From: Isurus oxyrinchus | Lineage: Eukaryota | Length of the DNA stretch: 64,000 nt | Assembly (NCBI GenBank): GCA_026770705.1 | Contig: JANJGN010000026.1 | Location: 36,332,001-36,396,000, forward strand | Reading direction: 5' to 3' | In this document: positions 39,251 to 49,782 of the stretch, one piece after another | Numbering within the stretch: position 1 is the stretch's first letter | How the letters are laid out: each line of letters opens with the position of its first letter | Made by a program: the position numbers and the translations under genes | Notes under the pieces: model-generated | What the model was told of the DNA's origin: nothing | Database searches by the model: none | Seen by the model: the letters and a program-made list of their open reading frames with translations, nothing else

Positions 39251-40314
39251 GATTTAATAATTCTATACATTTTCTACTTGAGAAACAAAAAATCCTTAAA
39301 TAGGAAGGAGGTGAGAAAATGGAAGAACTGAAGGAATGTCTTTAACAGAATAAATGGACAGGAAACACGAAATTTACTCTTTGATGGCATGTGGGCGTCA
39401 CTAGCAAGGCCAGCGTTTGTTGCCTATCTCTAATTGCCCTTGAATTGAGTGGCGTGCTGGGCCATTTGCGAGGGAGGTTAAGGGTCAACCATATTGCAGT
39501 GGCTCTGCCCAGCCATTGATTCAATGGTGGAATTGGCCAATCATGGTGCTGTGACTGATGGAAAGTGTTGGGAGGTCGTCGATTCCAAGGGGCAAACTTC
39601 CATCATCTTTGTGAAAAGTGCATTCAACAATGTTTCTGGGTCGTAACCTCTACATAAATGCAGTCGGTTATTAAGATAGAACGGCCTAATTTTAAGAGGG
39701 ATCACTGTTGAGGTACGCATGTTCTCACCCACTGCAGCGCCCGTGAACACAAAGGGACCTTTCCCAGCTGCGGTAATTGTGGGAGATGCTGACCTCCATG
39801 GAAAGATCATGGGTGGATTGAATCCAAACCCAAACTACCCTCAGCTTGGAATTGCCCGGTCTCTTGCTTGTTCCCTGGAGCGGATGAAATCTCTCAGCCG
39901 TTTGTAGCCCGAATGCTGGAAATCACAGGAGATGATGAATGTTTATCAAGTCAAACGAGGAAACACGGATTCAACAGCAAAAGGGAAAGAAACTAATTTG
40001 CTGTTATCTGAGGTAAAAGGCGGCGATAAATTCACCCTAGATTACAAATCGGTACATTATGAATTTTTCCAGGAAAAGGGAGATGAGAATGTGGAATAAT
40101 TTCATGAACCATGTTTGAAGGCGAATTGGACAGGAGATGATATCAAGAATTATAAGGAGCGAGAAGGAAATGCAGATTTAATGAGCTTAATCATTTCATT
40201 CTGTACTGTAAAATTGTAAGAGCCACTGAAAATATATTCATGAGCAATATTTGTACTTTGTACAAGTTTCCATGCATTGTGTATCTCCATGTGTCTGCAA
40301 TCCCACAATGTTCA

Positions 40315-40475
40315 GGATTTTGTACAGCGCCCTCCGTGCTCTGTATCACTGCGTCTGTAATCCCACCATGTTCAGGATTTTGCACAACTCTCTCCGTGCT
40401 CTGTATCACTGTGTGTCTGTAATCCCACCATGTTCAGGTTTTTGTACGGCTCTCTCCGTGTTCTGCATCACTGTG
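40315..40475 (-). other. Tandem array of three 23-RSSs (62/60-bp period), with a fourth eroded unit at ~40255-40295
   Basis: CACAGTG-23-ACAAAAACC (40475-40437); CACAGTG-23-GCAAAATCC (40413-40375); CGCAGTG-23-ACAAAATCC (40353-40315). Confidence 0.92.
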
Positions 40476-40781
40476 CTGTGGGCCGACTCAGTGCACAGTA
40501 ATACACAGCGGAGTCGCTCAGTTGTAGTTTGAAGATATTTAACCGGCTGATTTTCTCGGCAGAATCGATAGAAGCAGAAATTCTCTCCCCGGCAGCATTT
40601 TCTTTATTCTCCTCTCCTGAAGTGTGTCTCTGAAGCAGATATTCTGGAGCCTGTCCTGGGGACTGACGGTACCAGTGTACTGTGTACTGACAGATACCTG
40701 AATATTCACAGCTTAAAGTAACGGTGTCACCAGCAGCAGAGGTTTGTAAAGGCGGATTCTGGAATATCAGGAGACTGGAAC
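40476..40781 (-). CDS. Intact leaderless TCR-delta V, NAR-TCR supporting V type
   Basis: Acceptor cccttcag, phase 1. GDTVTLSCEYSGICQYTVHWYRQSPGQAPE...DSAVYYCALSRP. Extra Cys in CDR1, no leader exon found upstream, consensus RSS. Confidence 0.9.
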
Positions 40782-41459
40782 CTGAAGGGTGAAAAATGAA
40801 CATTTTGTGTTTGTTTAGCTACTGCTGACATGGGAGATTTGTCAATCGCGCGAACAACTTTGTGTTTTTTATCTTGATTTGAAGCCTGTTCGAACGCTGC
40901 TCATTGTTACTGAAATATGATCAACTGGGGAATGAGGTGATATTTTCTCTTCCATAGCGAATTCCTCCGATCAGGGCTTCCCTATCTGAATGGGTTTGGG
41001 GAACAGATTCAATAGTAACTTTCAAACGGGTGATGTATCTGTTCTGAAGCAGAAAAAATGCAGGGATATGGGGAATATGCATGAGTGGTGGAAACGATTG
41101 GATTACACTTTTAAAGGGACAGCACCTACACGATGGGCCGGATGTCATCTTTCCACGCTGCATGGTTCAATGATGTATATTAGATTTGATTTGATTTTCC
41201 CCGCTGAGAGACAAACCCGAGGGAACTTCTTATTAACAGTGAAACAGTCAGTTTCGAAAAACTATTTGTCTGACAGTGACCCAGATATAACGCATCAATG
41301 CGCACAGCAAACTCCAACAGAATGCGATTGCAATTCGTCAGCACCAATCGGGTCAAACAGATAGTGAATATCGATGGTGAAATGTCAACCATTAGCTTCA
41401 GTTTCACACTTCTCAGGAGTTTCCATCTGCCTTTGGGTCTATTAGTTTATTTTTTTCGA

Positions 41460-42400
41460 TCAATCTATGTTTCCACATTTCTCTTCAAATTAAAATATTT
41501 ACAGTTAGTATCAGTTTATTTCTACATTTACTTTGCACTGTTTGTACGTCTTGCAATCGTGAGAACTTGTCCTAAACTCTCTTAGTAGTCGGTTGGGTTC
41601 AACCTGTTCAGTTTCCGCAGTGGTTTTACTGTTACTCACTGGGAACTGCCTCTTCCGGCTCTCTGACAATTTCAATTCCTTCCGCCCATTGACTGATTCT
41701 TTCCGCTTTCTCTGGGCGGAGTTTTCTCTAAATTTTTCATTGTACTCAATCTGCAGGAGAGGGATCGGCCATTTGGCACAGTGATTTATGCTGTGGGTAT
41801 ACTCCACAGCAGTCTCCCCAACCCGAAACCGAATTGACCATTTCCATCCGTATTTCTTTCTCCCTCCTGTATTTTCAGCCTTCCCATAAATCCATCAATA
41901 ATGTCTGCTCCAACCACTCAGTGTGGCATCAAGTTCCACATTCTGACGGTTTTAGTGTACATTTTTCTTCTTAATGTCTTTGTTCTGTTAGTGACGACCT
42001 GATACTAATGTCCTACTGATCTAGGCTCATCCATAGGCACGCACTCTATTAAACCCGTTCATAATTTTAAAGATTTCTCTGAATTCTCTTTCTGGTTCTC
42101 TGTTTTCCAAAGTTAAGTGACCCAGACTTTTCAATCATTCCAGAGAGATGTGTATTTTTGCTGATTCCTTTTCCCAGCAATTTAAGTAATCAATGCAAAG
42201 AATCTTACAAATAGAAGCAGGGATGGCCATGGCAACTTACAGACCTGTTCCGACGCCAATAATAACGTGGATGATCTTCGATGTAAGCATCACATTCCCA
42301 TATTCCTAGATTATTTTAATAATCAAAAATCTATGGAACACTGCCTTGAATACACTCGTCCACTGAGTATCCACAGCTCTCTGAGCTATAGAATGCAACA
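41460..42400 (+). repeat. Intronic block duplicated at ~46680-47660
   Basis: gtttccgcagtggttttactgtta..cactgg, caagttccacattctgac and aacccgttcataattt are shared between the two copies. Confidence 0.85.
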
Positions 42401-42550
42401 GGGTCACAACAATAGCCTGGGGAAACACCCAGTCGTATCTGCCATGTGAGCCGTTGAGAATATGATAATGAGATCACCTCACATTCCTCTAAACTACTCT
42501 TATGAAAGTACAATGAGTTTAAAAATATTTTTCTCGTTTATTGTGCAGTG

Positions 42551-43430
42551 TGTTAATGGGTGTAAGTATAGTTGGTTCTGTCTGTGATTTTATTGCATTT
42601 TGAGTCAAGTGCACGGCAAGTCTGAAATTATCAAAGGAAGCTACATGTGGAAATATACTTGAAATTCTAAGATGTAAATGTGGATGCTGGCTCAGCATTT
42701 AAGGTGTGAAGGAACGTTGTGTTTCAAAGTGGTGTTAGACTGTTTACAATTAACCAGATAAACAAGGCTAAGGAGTCAGATTTAATTTGTTCTGAGGGGT
42801 GCTGACAATATTGGCAACATGAAAGTTTTTATGTTATGAGGAAGATACAGTTTCAAAGACATGTGGAACAATAAAAGTTACATGTTAAAGAGAGAGAAAC
42901 ATACATACAGGAGATTGAAAGGCTATGTGAGGAGAGGGCCATGTCAGATCTAACAGGCATCCGTGAAACAACATTCATGCAGCCTCCAGCCATTTTTGCA
43001 TATGTCTGCTATGTAAAGATAGTAAAGTTGGGGAAGCCATTTGGAATTCCACTGTCAAGTGTGTGCTCTGTTAACTTGCTGTTTCTGTTTGAAATCGAAA
43101 ATCTATTTGGACTGTTGCCTTAAAGGGATGTATAACTGGGAGTCAAGTTAATTCAGAATTTTAGGTGTTGTTATAATAGTAAATAACTTGTCTCTTATGT
43201 ATGTGTTTGAAATATTTTATTTTGTTAATAAATATTATAATTTAATTTCTCAAGAGTCTTTAAAGGTCTTGCTGGTCTCATTAATTCAGAATCAGTGCAC
43301 ACATCTTCCAGTGATAAATATAGATTGCAAAACCGTTGTGACAGAGCGATGAGGTTTCCTTTGTGGATTTGGTCCGCCTGGCACACATCACCTGCCACGT
43401 GATAACATGACTGGGGGCTGTTTGCGGGAT
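42551..43430 (+). mobile_element. LTR with adjacent degenerate tRNA-Pro primer-binding site
   Basis: TGTTAA...ATAACA termini (42551-43407), internal AATAAA, then tgggggctgtttgcgggat (cf. TGGGGGCTCGTCCGGGAT). Absent from the paralogous block. Confidence 0.5.
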
Positions 43431-44627
43431 ACTAGAAGTTGCTTGATTGGTTTGGAGTTGATCAATCTGAAGCCTACCAGAAGAAAATTTAATCCAGGAG
43501 TTACTGTGAGGGGTTTTTAAGTGACGAGAGTGCAAAACTTGTTGCATCCATGGCACACACCATCTGCACGTCATAACACGAGGCAATGCGGGCTGTCGCG
43601 GCTTCACCTTCTTCTCATAGGATAAACCATTTAACTCAGGAAGCTGCCTGACGAAACTTTGTTCACTTCCTTCAAGGCATGTAGATGTTTTCTCAATTAT
43701 GAATATAAAACTTTACACAGCATCCAGACTGGAGTCCAGTGCAGTCCTTCCCACAAACAATACTTCTCTCAATTGTTTTGTAATACCGAGGGGTACTGAT
43801 TCATCAGCTGAAGTGGCGGTTTGTGCATAGGTGGCAACCAGCCGGAGGTTTCCTTCCTATCATTGGCCTGATGCCATGAGACGTCCTGCCATGGAAGTTA
43901 ATGTTGAAGGCTCCAAGGACAACTGCTTGCTGACTGTATATCACCTCGCTACCACCTCTGGGTCTATCATGCTGGTGGCCCAGGTCATACACAGGGATAG
44001 TGATGGTGCTGGATAAGACATTGTCTCTAAGTTATGATTCCGTGAGTTTGATTCTGCCAGGTTGTTGCCTGACAAATATGTGGGAAAGCTCTCCCAGTTT
44101 TAGCACATACCTCCAGATGTTAGTAAGGAGGACACTTCAGGATGGACACGCCTAGGTTTACCATTGTCATTTCCGAAGCCTAGGTCGATTACAGGTGACA
44201 TGCAGGTGGTGTGGTTCATGGTTTATCCTTTTTTTAGACTTAGTAGCCATTTGATTCAAATAAGTGACTTGCTTGGCCATCATTTCACAAAGCACTGAAG
44301 GGTAAACCACAACTCTTTGTGTCTGAAGTTTTATGTAGGTTAGACCAGGTAAGAACAGCAAATTTCCTTTGATTAAGTAGACTAGGGTGCTGGGCGGCTT
44401 GCAACAATCGGCAACAGTTTCATGATCACCATACTAACAACAGCTTTTAAATCCTGGTGTTTGAATTCCACCAGCTGCTGCAGTGAGGTTTGAACCAGGG
44501 TTAACACACAGAGGATTGACAGGGTGTCTGGGTTATTAGTCTAATGACATTACCACGAGGCCACCCTTCCCCATGGCGATTATTTGCCTGGATACTTTGC
44601 AACACGTCACGGTTTGGAGTCACTTAC

Positions 44628-44972
44628 CAGCTGTGACAGTCACCTCTGTCCCAGAACCGTCTGCATAACCATCTTTCCAAATGGAACCACATCCATATTT
44701 ATACTGAGCTTTACAGTAATAGGTGGCTATGTCTTCAACTCTCACATCCCGAATTTCCAGAGAAAAAATATTTTCTGCTTTATTCATCGACACAACAAAT
44801 CTACCCCCACTGGAGATCCGCTCCCGCTCAGTCCCAGTCTGGGTTTGTCTGAAGAAATGTCTGTCCTATAAACGATGAGAATTACCATGGAAAATGCAGG
44901 TGATGGTGAGAGACTGACACTCCTTCCTGGTCACCGCTGCCGGGGTCTGTACCACTGACTGATTGAAAGAGC
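44628..44972 (-). pseudogene. Germline-joined NAR-like V(D)J exon (phase 1-1, 345 nt) with a single TAG
   Basis: attgccag|SFNQSVVQTPAAVTRKECQSLTITCIFHGNSHRL*DRHFFRQ...EDIATYYCKAQYKYGCGSIWKDGYADGSGTEVTVTA|gtaagt. No internal RSS; TAG at 44866-44868. Confidence 0.9.
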
Positions 44973-45111
44973 CTGGCAATTAAACAGAGAGAGTTTAATG
45001 GACCATCAAAGCCAAAACCCAGAACGGGGCTAAAACCCCACACAGTGTCTGCAATTGGGATGGATTCGGGCAGCTTTATATAAGATTTACACAATGTCAG
45101 TTTGTTTGATC

Positions 45112-45135
45112 GGTACTCAGGGGGTAAACAGGGGC
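45112..45135 (-). pseudogene. Remnant of the deleted leader exon of the joined V(D)J
   Basis: Only ctgtttacccc remains and the donor GTGAGT is changed to CTGAGT. About 90 bp (TATA, ATG, most of the leader) are missing relative to 49794-49882. Confidence 0.8.
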
Positions 45136-48100
45136 TGCTCTTGGAGACTGGGGCTCAGAGCTGGACTGAAATACTTTAGAGCGTAGAGTTCCTTTGCAGA
45201 GGGCTGTGTCCCGCGGAGCATTGACAGGCCACATGGTTCCCATCTCTCTGGTAGTGTGTTGTGTGAATAAGTGACAGAGTTAAAAACGGAACCTGCAGTT
45301 TCATGTTGCTTCCTTGGGCCTGTGAGCCTGATGTGAAGTCCCCTCTCCCATTTGTCTGATATTCAGTGCCCTGCGTAATGGGGCAAGGGAGGTGGAGCTG
45401 TTTCTTAGTGAAGTCTGCCACCTTCATTCTCCCACAGTAATGAGACTGCAGGTCGGTCCATATGTGTTTGGCAAATGGTATTTTATGAGAGTGGGATGTG
45501 AGATAATCCCTCCTTCCCCAATATTATTCTAACTGTCATGAAAAAACAGAAAATGCTGGAAAGAGCTCGGCAGATCTGGCAGCATCTGTGAAGAGTGAAA
45601 CAGAATTAACGTTTCGAGTTTGTATGACTCTTCTTCAGAGTTACCTGTGCTGGAAATTATGAAACATCTCCCTGAACTGGCTGGTGGGCCTTCAGTTGAA
45701 AGTCCGTGCCAAGGGAAGGAGCCTTACACCTGCCTTAGTCCAGCATCTGAGTATCAGATTACAATGTGAGACAGTCCAGTGACTTTGCCAATATTCCGGC
45801 GGAAGAACAGAAACACCACAAAGAATAAACTCTCCACTTCATTGAAACAAATGCTTGCTGCACACCTTCCCCTGTGACTTGCACTTAAAATGATGTTTCC
45901 AGAAAGCAATGTTTCTTTCCAGGTCTGGACTATTCAGAGTTTCAGTTGTAGTGTTAGAACATGAAGTCACACTCAGAGGGACAGTTGAAATGGGGGTGGG
46001 CACCGTGTTTGGAACTTATTTAAAATATCACACTCACTACCTTGGTGAGATCTGTTAGCTGTGTTTGAACTGTCCTGAATCTAACAACATGTTCTGTTGA
46101 AGTGAACCTTGTGAATCAGCCGCGGTCAAATGCTCCTGGAAACTGACGGGGACAAGGACATGGAGCTGCTCAGTAATCCAGGCAGGCATGCAAAGGACAT
46201 ATACATCATCTGATTCATTGAAAACTAAAATAAAAACCTGACAAGGCCTTTTTGCTCCATCCACAAGTTTTGCACGTTAAATTTTGCCCAATTCCCCTCT
46301 GAATTTGAATGCTACTGGCGCGAAACAGTGCAGAACAGCGCATGACATAATCATGTTTTGCCTCAGAGCTACCACAAATACAACTTGTATTTTAAAGCAC
46401 ATTTATTACAATGAAAGGTCCCTTCAGCAGGTAATGACAGTGATCTTCATGAAGCATGAATCCTGAGAGGCCGATGTGGCCAATCACCTGAGTCATCGTC
46501 TGCAATGTGGGACACGGATACATTTTGGCATCATAATTACCAACACTCAGATTGTAGCAGTCTAACTTTAAGAGGCCATGATTCTTTAAAAGGAGAAATA
46601 TTATCTGAATGTATTTCAATCAGCATTTGTTTGGAAAAAAAACATAATTTCTTCTTTCAATAGGTTTAATTTTTCTCCAATTCCGTTTATTTTGATATAT
46701 TTACATTTAGTTTCATTTTATTTCTCCATTTCCTTTGTGCAGTTTGTGCTTCTTGCGTGGAAACAGAGCTATCGTGGGAACTTGCCCCAAAGTCTCTCAG
46801 TTGTCTGTTGGGTTCAGTCTGTTCCGTTTCCGCAGTGGTTTTACTGTTATTCACTGGCAACTGCATCTTCCCCCTCTCTGACAATTTCAAATTTGTTCCG
46901 TCCAATTACTGATTGACTGGCTGAAGTTTTATCAAAGTTTTACTTTACACAGTATCTGCCAGAAGAGGAATATTCCATTCTGTACAAATGATTTATGCTT
47001 GTGTATTTACTGCAGACCAGCCTCCATCCGCCCGAAATCTAATTGACCATTTCCAGTCAGCTCCCTGAGTCAGTCTGTTCCGTTCTCCCTCCTTCATTTT
47101 CAAGTCTTCCCATAAATGTATCAAACCTCACTGCCCCAACCACTCCCTACGGCAGCAAGTTCCACATTCTGACCTGCCTGTTTTTACACTTCTTCTTCTT
47201 AATGTCATTATTTGTTCTGTTAGTGACTGTCTTATTCTAATGGCTCTAGGCTCACCCACAAATAAGCAGCTTTTCCACAAGTACCCCAATGAACCCGTTC
47301 ATAATTTAAACGATTTCCATGAATTCTCCTTTTCTTTCCCTGTTCTCCAGAGACAAGAGGCCCGGCCTGTTCAACCTCTCCACAGAGATGCAGATTATTC
47401 CTGATTTATTTTCTCAGGAGTGTAACAGATCAAAGCAGTTAATGTAACAGATAGAAGCAGGAGCGGCCATATTACCTTTCAAACCTTTTCTGCCATTCAA
47501 TAATATCCTAACTCATCTCCTCGCTCAACATCACTTTGCCGCAATGTCCCCATATCCCTTGATTCTCTTAGCATCCTGAAATCCATTGTACACTTCCTTT
47601 AATACACCCAACCACTGAGCATCCACAGCTCTCTGAGGAAGAGAATGTCAGAGATTCACAACAATGGCTTCACTGAAGAAATTTCTCTTCTTCTCATTCC
47701 TCATGGTCGAGTCCTTATTCTGAAACGGTGACCCCTAGTTATAAGCTCATCAGCCTGGGGAGACACCCATCGGGAATTTATCATGTCCTGAATATTAGGT
47801 GTTCTAATGAAATTACATCTCATTCATCTAAGCTCTAGGGAACATAGGCCCAGACGATTCAATCTCTTCTTTACGACAATCCCTTTATCTCAGGGATCAG
47901 CCTGATGAACCTTTGCTGCACGCCTTCCAAGGCATGTAGATCCTTCCTTAAGTAAGGAGACCAAAACTTTACACAGCATTTCAGACTGGAGCCCATTTCA
48001 GTCCTTCCTTCCATAGACCTCACCAACCCCCCTGTGCTCAGATTGTACTTTGAATGGGCCAGAGATCCTCCAATCCTCTCCTTTTCGATGAATTATTTAT

Positions 48101-48872
48101 TGCTGCTTCTAAATGAACATTCCCCCCATTTACAACTTACAATTGTTTCCTTATGTTCCTGTTCTCCTTTATAAGATTAATGCATCATCCTCACTTTCTC
48201 ACTGCACTGTGTTGTTCCACACACAGTAATCAGGGATACAGTTAAATTACAGCAATCACATCTCTCAAACATCTACATTCAATATAGAGAAGTATCTGCA
48301 GTTCCAAACCTTCATATTTCAGTCTGAGGGCGGAAAAGTAGGAAATTGTTTGGTTATATGAAAGAAATGGCGGGGACAATGTCGTTAATTTCAGTCACTG
48401 ATTGTCCAATAATAAAATTCTATCTGGGTCCACATCAGGATCTCTTATATCTGAAGCCCGTTGTGTCACTCTCCCGTTTTTCTCCCGGGTGAGGTATTGA
48501 ACTGGCCGCAGTTGTTTGAGTTTATTCACCAGGTGCCTCATTCACATTGCGCGGCTCGGACTGCAATCTGCTGCCCAGGAGAGAGCTCTGCGACTCCGCT
48601 CCCGGAATCGAAAGGGACAGACCGTGCTCCCTCGGTCACAGGTAACACCGGGAGTGGAGTCCGGATTGTCGACAATCTGCGCTCATTAAAAGTGATTCAG
48701 AGTGTGAGAGTCCGTGATGTTCATGGTGTCCCCGATGTGCCTGTTACACTAATGGTGCTCCAGATTCCGTCAACTCCCACATCCCACCCAAATTCTACTG
48801 ATATCAATAATAAACTGTCGGTGAACGTTACCCGGGACAGGCTGTAACCCGGTGGGGTTTGCACTCACTTAC

Positions 48873-48925
48873 CGGCTGTGACAGTCACCACTGTCCCGGA
48901 TCCATCCGCATAATCAGTAAACCAT
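48873..48925 (-). CDS. NAR-type J segment
   Basis: WFTDYADGSGTVVTVTA plus G, donor gtaagt. Confidence 0.9.
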
Positions 48926-48964
48926 CACAGTGACACCGCTCTCAGTCTCCCCGGTACAACAACC
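48926..48964 (-). other. 23-RSS of NAR-type J
   Basis: GGTTGTTGT-23-CACTGTG on the minus strand. Confidence 0.9.
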
Positions 48965-49282
48965 ACCGACACCTCAACCTGCCGGGAAATCATCATCACC
49001 AGACAGTAGAAACTGCACAAATATTCAGTGGATTTAAATAAATAAACAATATTCAATGTTTAAAAGTCTCTGTCGGTTCAAACTGTTCTTTGTGAGGCCC
49101 TGAGATCTGAGTAAATGATCCCGGAAACGAGATGTTCGCTTCATATAAACAGACAAAATTATTAAAGTAAGAGAACTGAATGGTGGAAATTACAATGAAA
49201 TGTAACCATATCACAGCGATAATAACATCAGCCCAACAATTCACTATCCGGACCCGCAGAATTTATATTGTGACCGGACAGA

Positions 49283-49310
49283 GGTATTTGCTCAGGTCTC
49301 CCCCACTGTG
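49283..49310 (-). other. 12-RSS at the 3' end of the extended NAR-like V
   Basis: CACAGTG-ggggagacctga(12)-GCAAATACC. Confidence 0.88.
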
Positions 49311-49663
49311 ACTTCCCCATACTCCCATCTGTCGTACTGGTACTGAGCTTTACAGTAATAGGTGGCGGTGTCTTCAACTCTCACAACCCAATATTCCAGC
49401 GAAAATGTCTTTTCTGCTTTGTTCACCGACACAACAAATCTCTCTCCCCACCCCCCCCCCCCCACCCCCCCCCCCCCCCCCACCCCCCCCTTGCTGGAGA
49501 TCCGCTCCCACTCTGTCCCGGTCTGGGTTTGTCTGAAGAAAGCCCCACCCGTCAAAGGACGAGCGTAAAAACCACCATAGAAAACGCAGGTGATGAATAG
49601 GGACTGACACTCCTTCCTGGTCACCGCTGCCGGGGTCTGTACCACTGACTGACTGAAAGATAC
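49311..49663 (-). CDS. NAR-TCR-like V with 3' CDR3 extension (probable germline-fused VD); functionality uncertain
   Basis: QSVVQTPAAVTRKECQSLFITC...FFRQTQTGTEWERIS[poly-Gly]RFVVSVNKAEKTFSL...EDTATYYCKAQYQYDRWEYGE. Short FR2 without CDR2, extra FR1 Cys. It is 1 nt out of phase with the leader at the canonical acceptor. Confidence 0.85.
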
Positions 49664-49782
49664 CTGGAAATTAAACAAAGAGAGTTTAATGGACCATCAG
49701 AACCGAATTACAGAACGGGGTTAAAACTCGAGCAGCTTTATATTAAATCCACACAATGTCGGTTTGTTTGATCTGTACTCAC

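Noticed and set aside
39650-39920. Possible VH-like relic on the minus strand (KRPGNSKLR...GFGF)
   Set aside because: Only a good acceptor and scattered similarity; conserved residues are absent.
40255-40475. CRISPR-like repeat array or hidden D segments
   Set aside because: The units are whole-unit tandem RSS copies with no unique spacers. The inter-RSS 21-23-mers lack an opposing 5' RSS, so they are not D segments.
40790-41450. Leader exon for the V at 40476-40781
   Set aside because: No hydrophobic ATG-initiated mini-exon with a donor was found, consistent with a supporting V.
48461-48847. 128-aa ORF in the GC-rich region after the NAR J
   Set aside because: Non-ATG start, antisense to the cassette, no recognisable domain; more likely CpG-rich intronic sequence.
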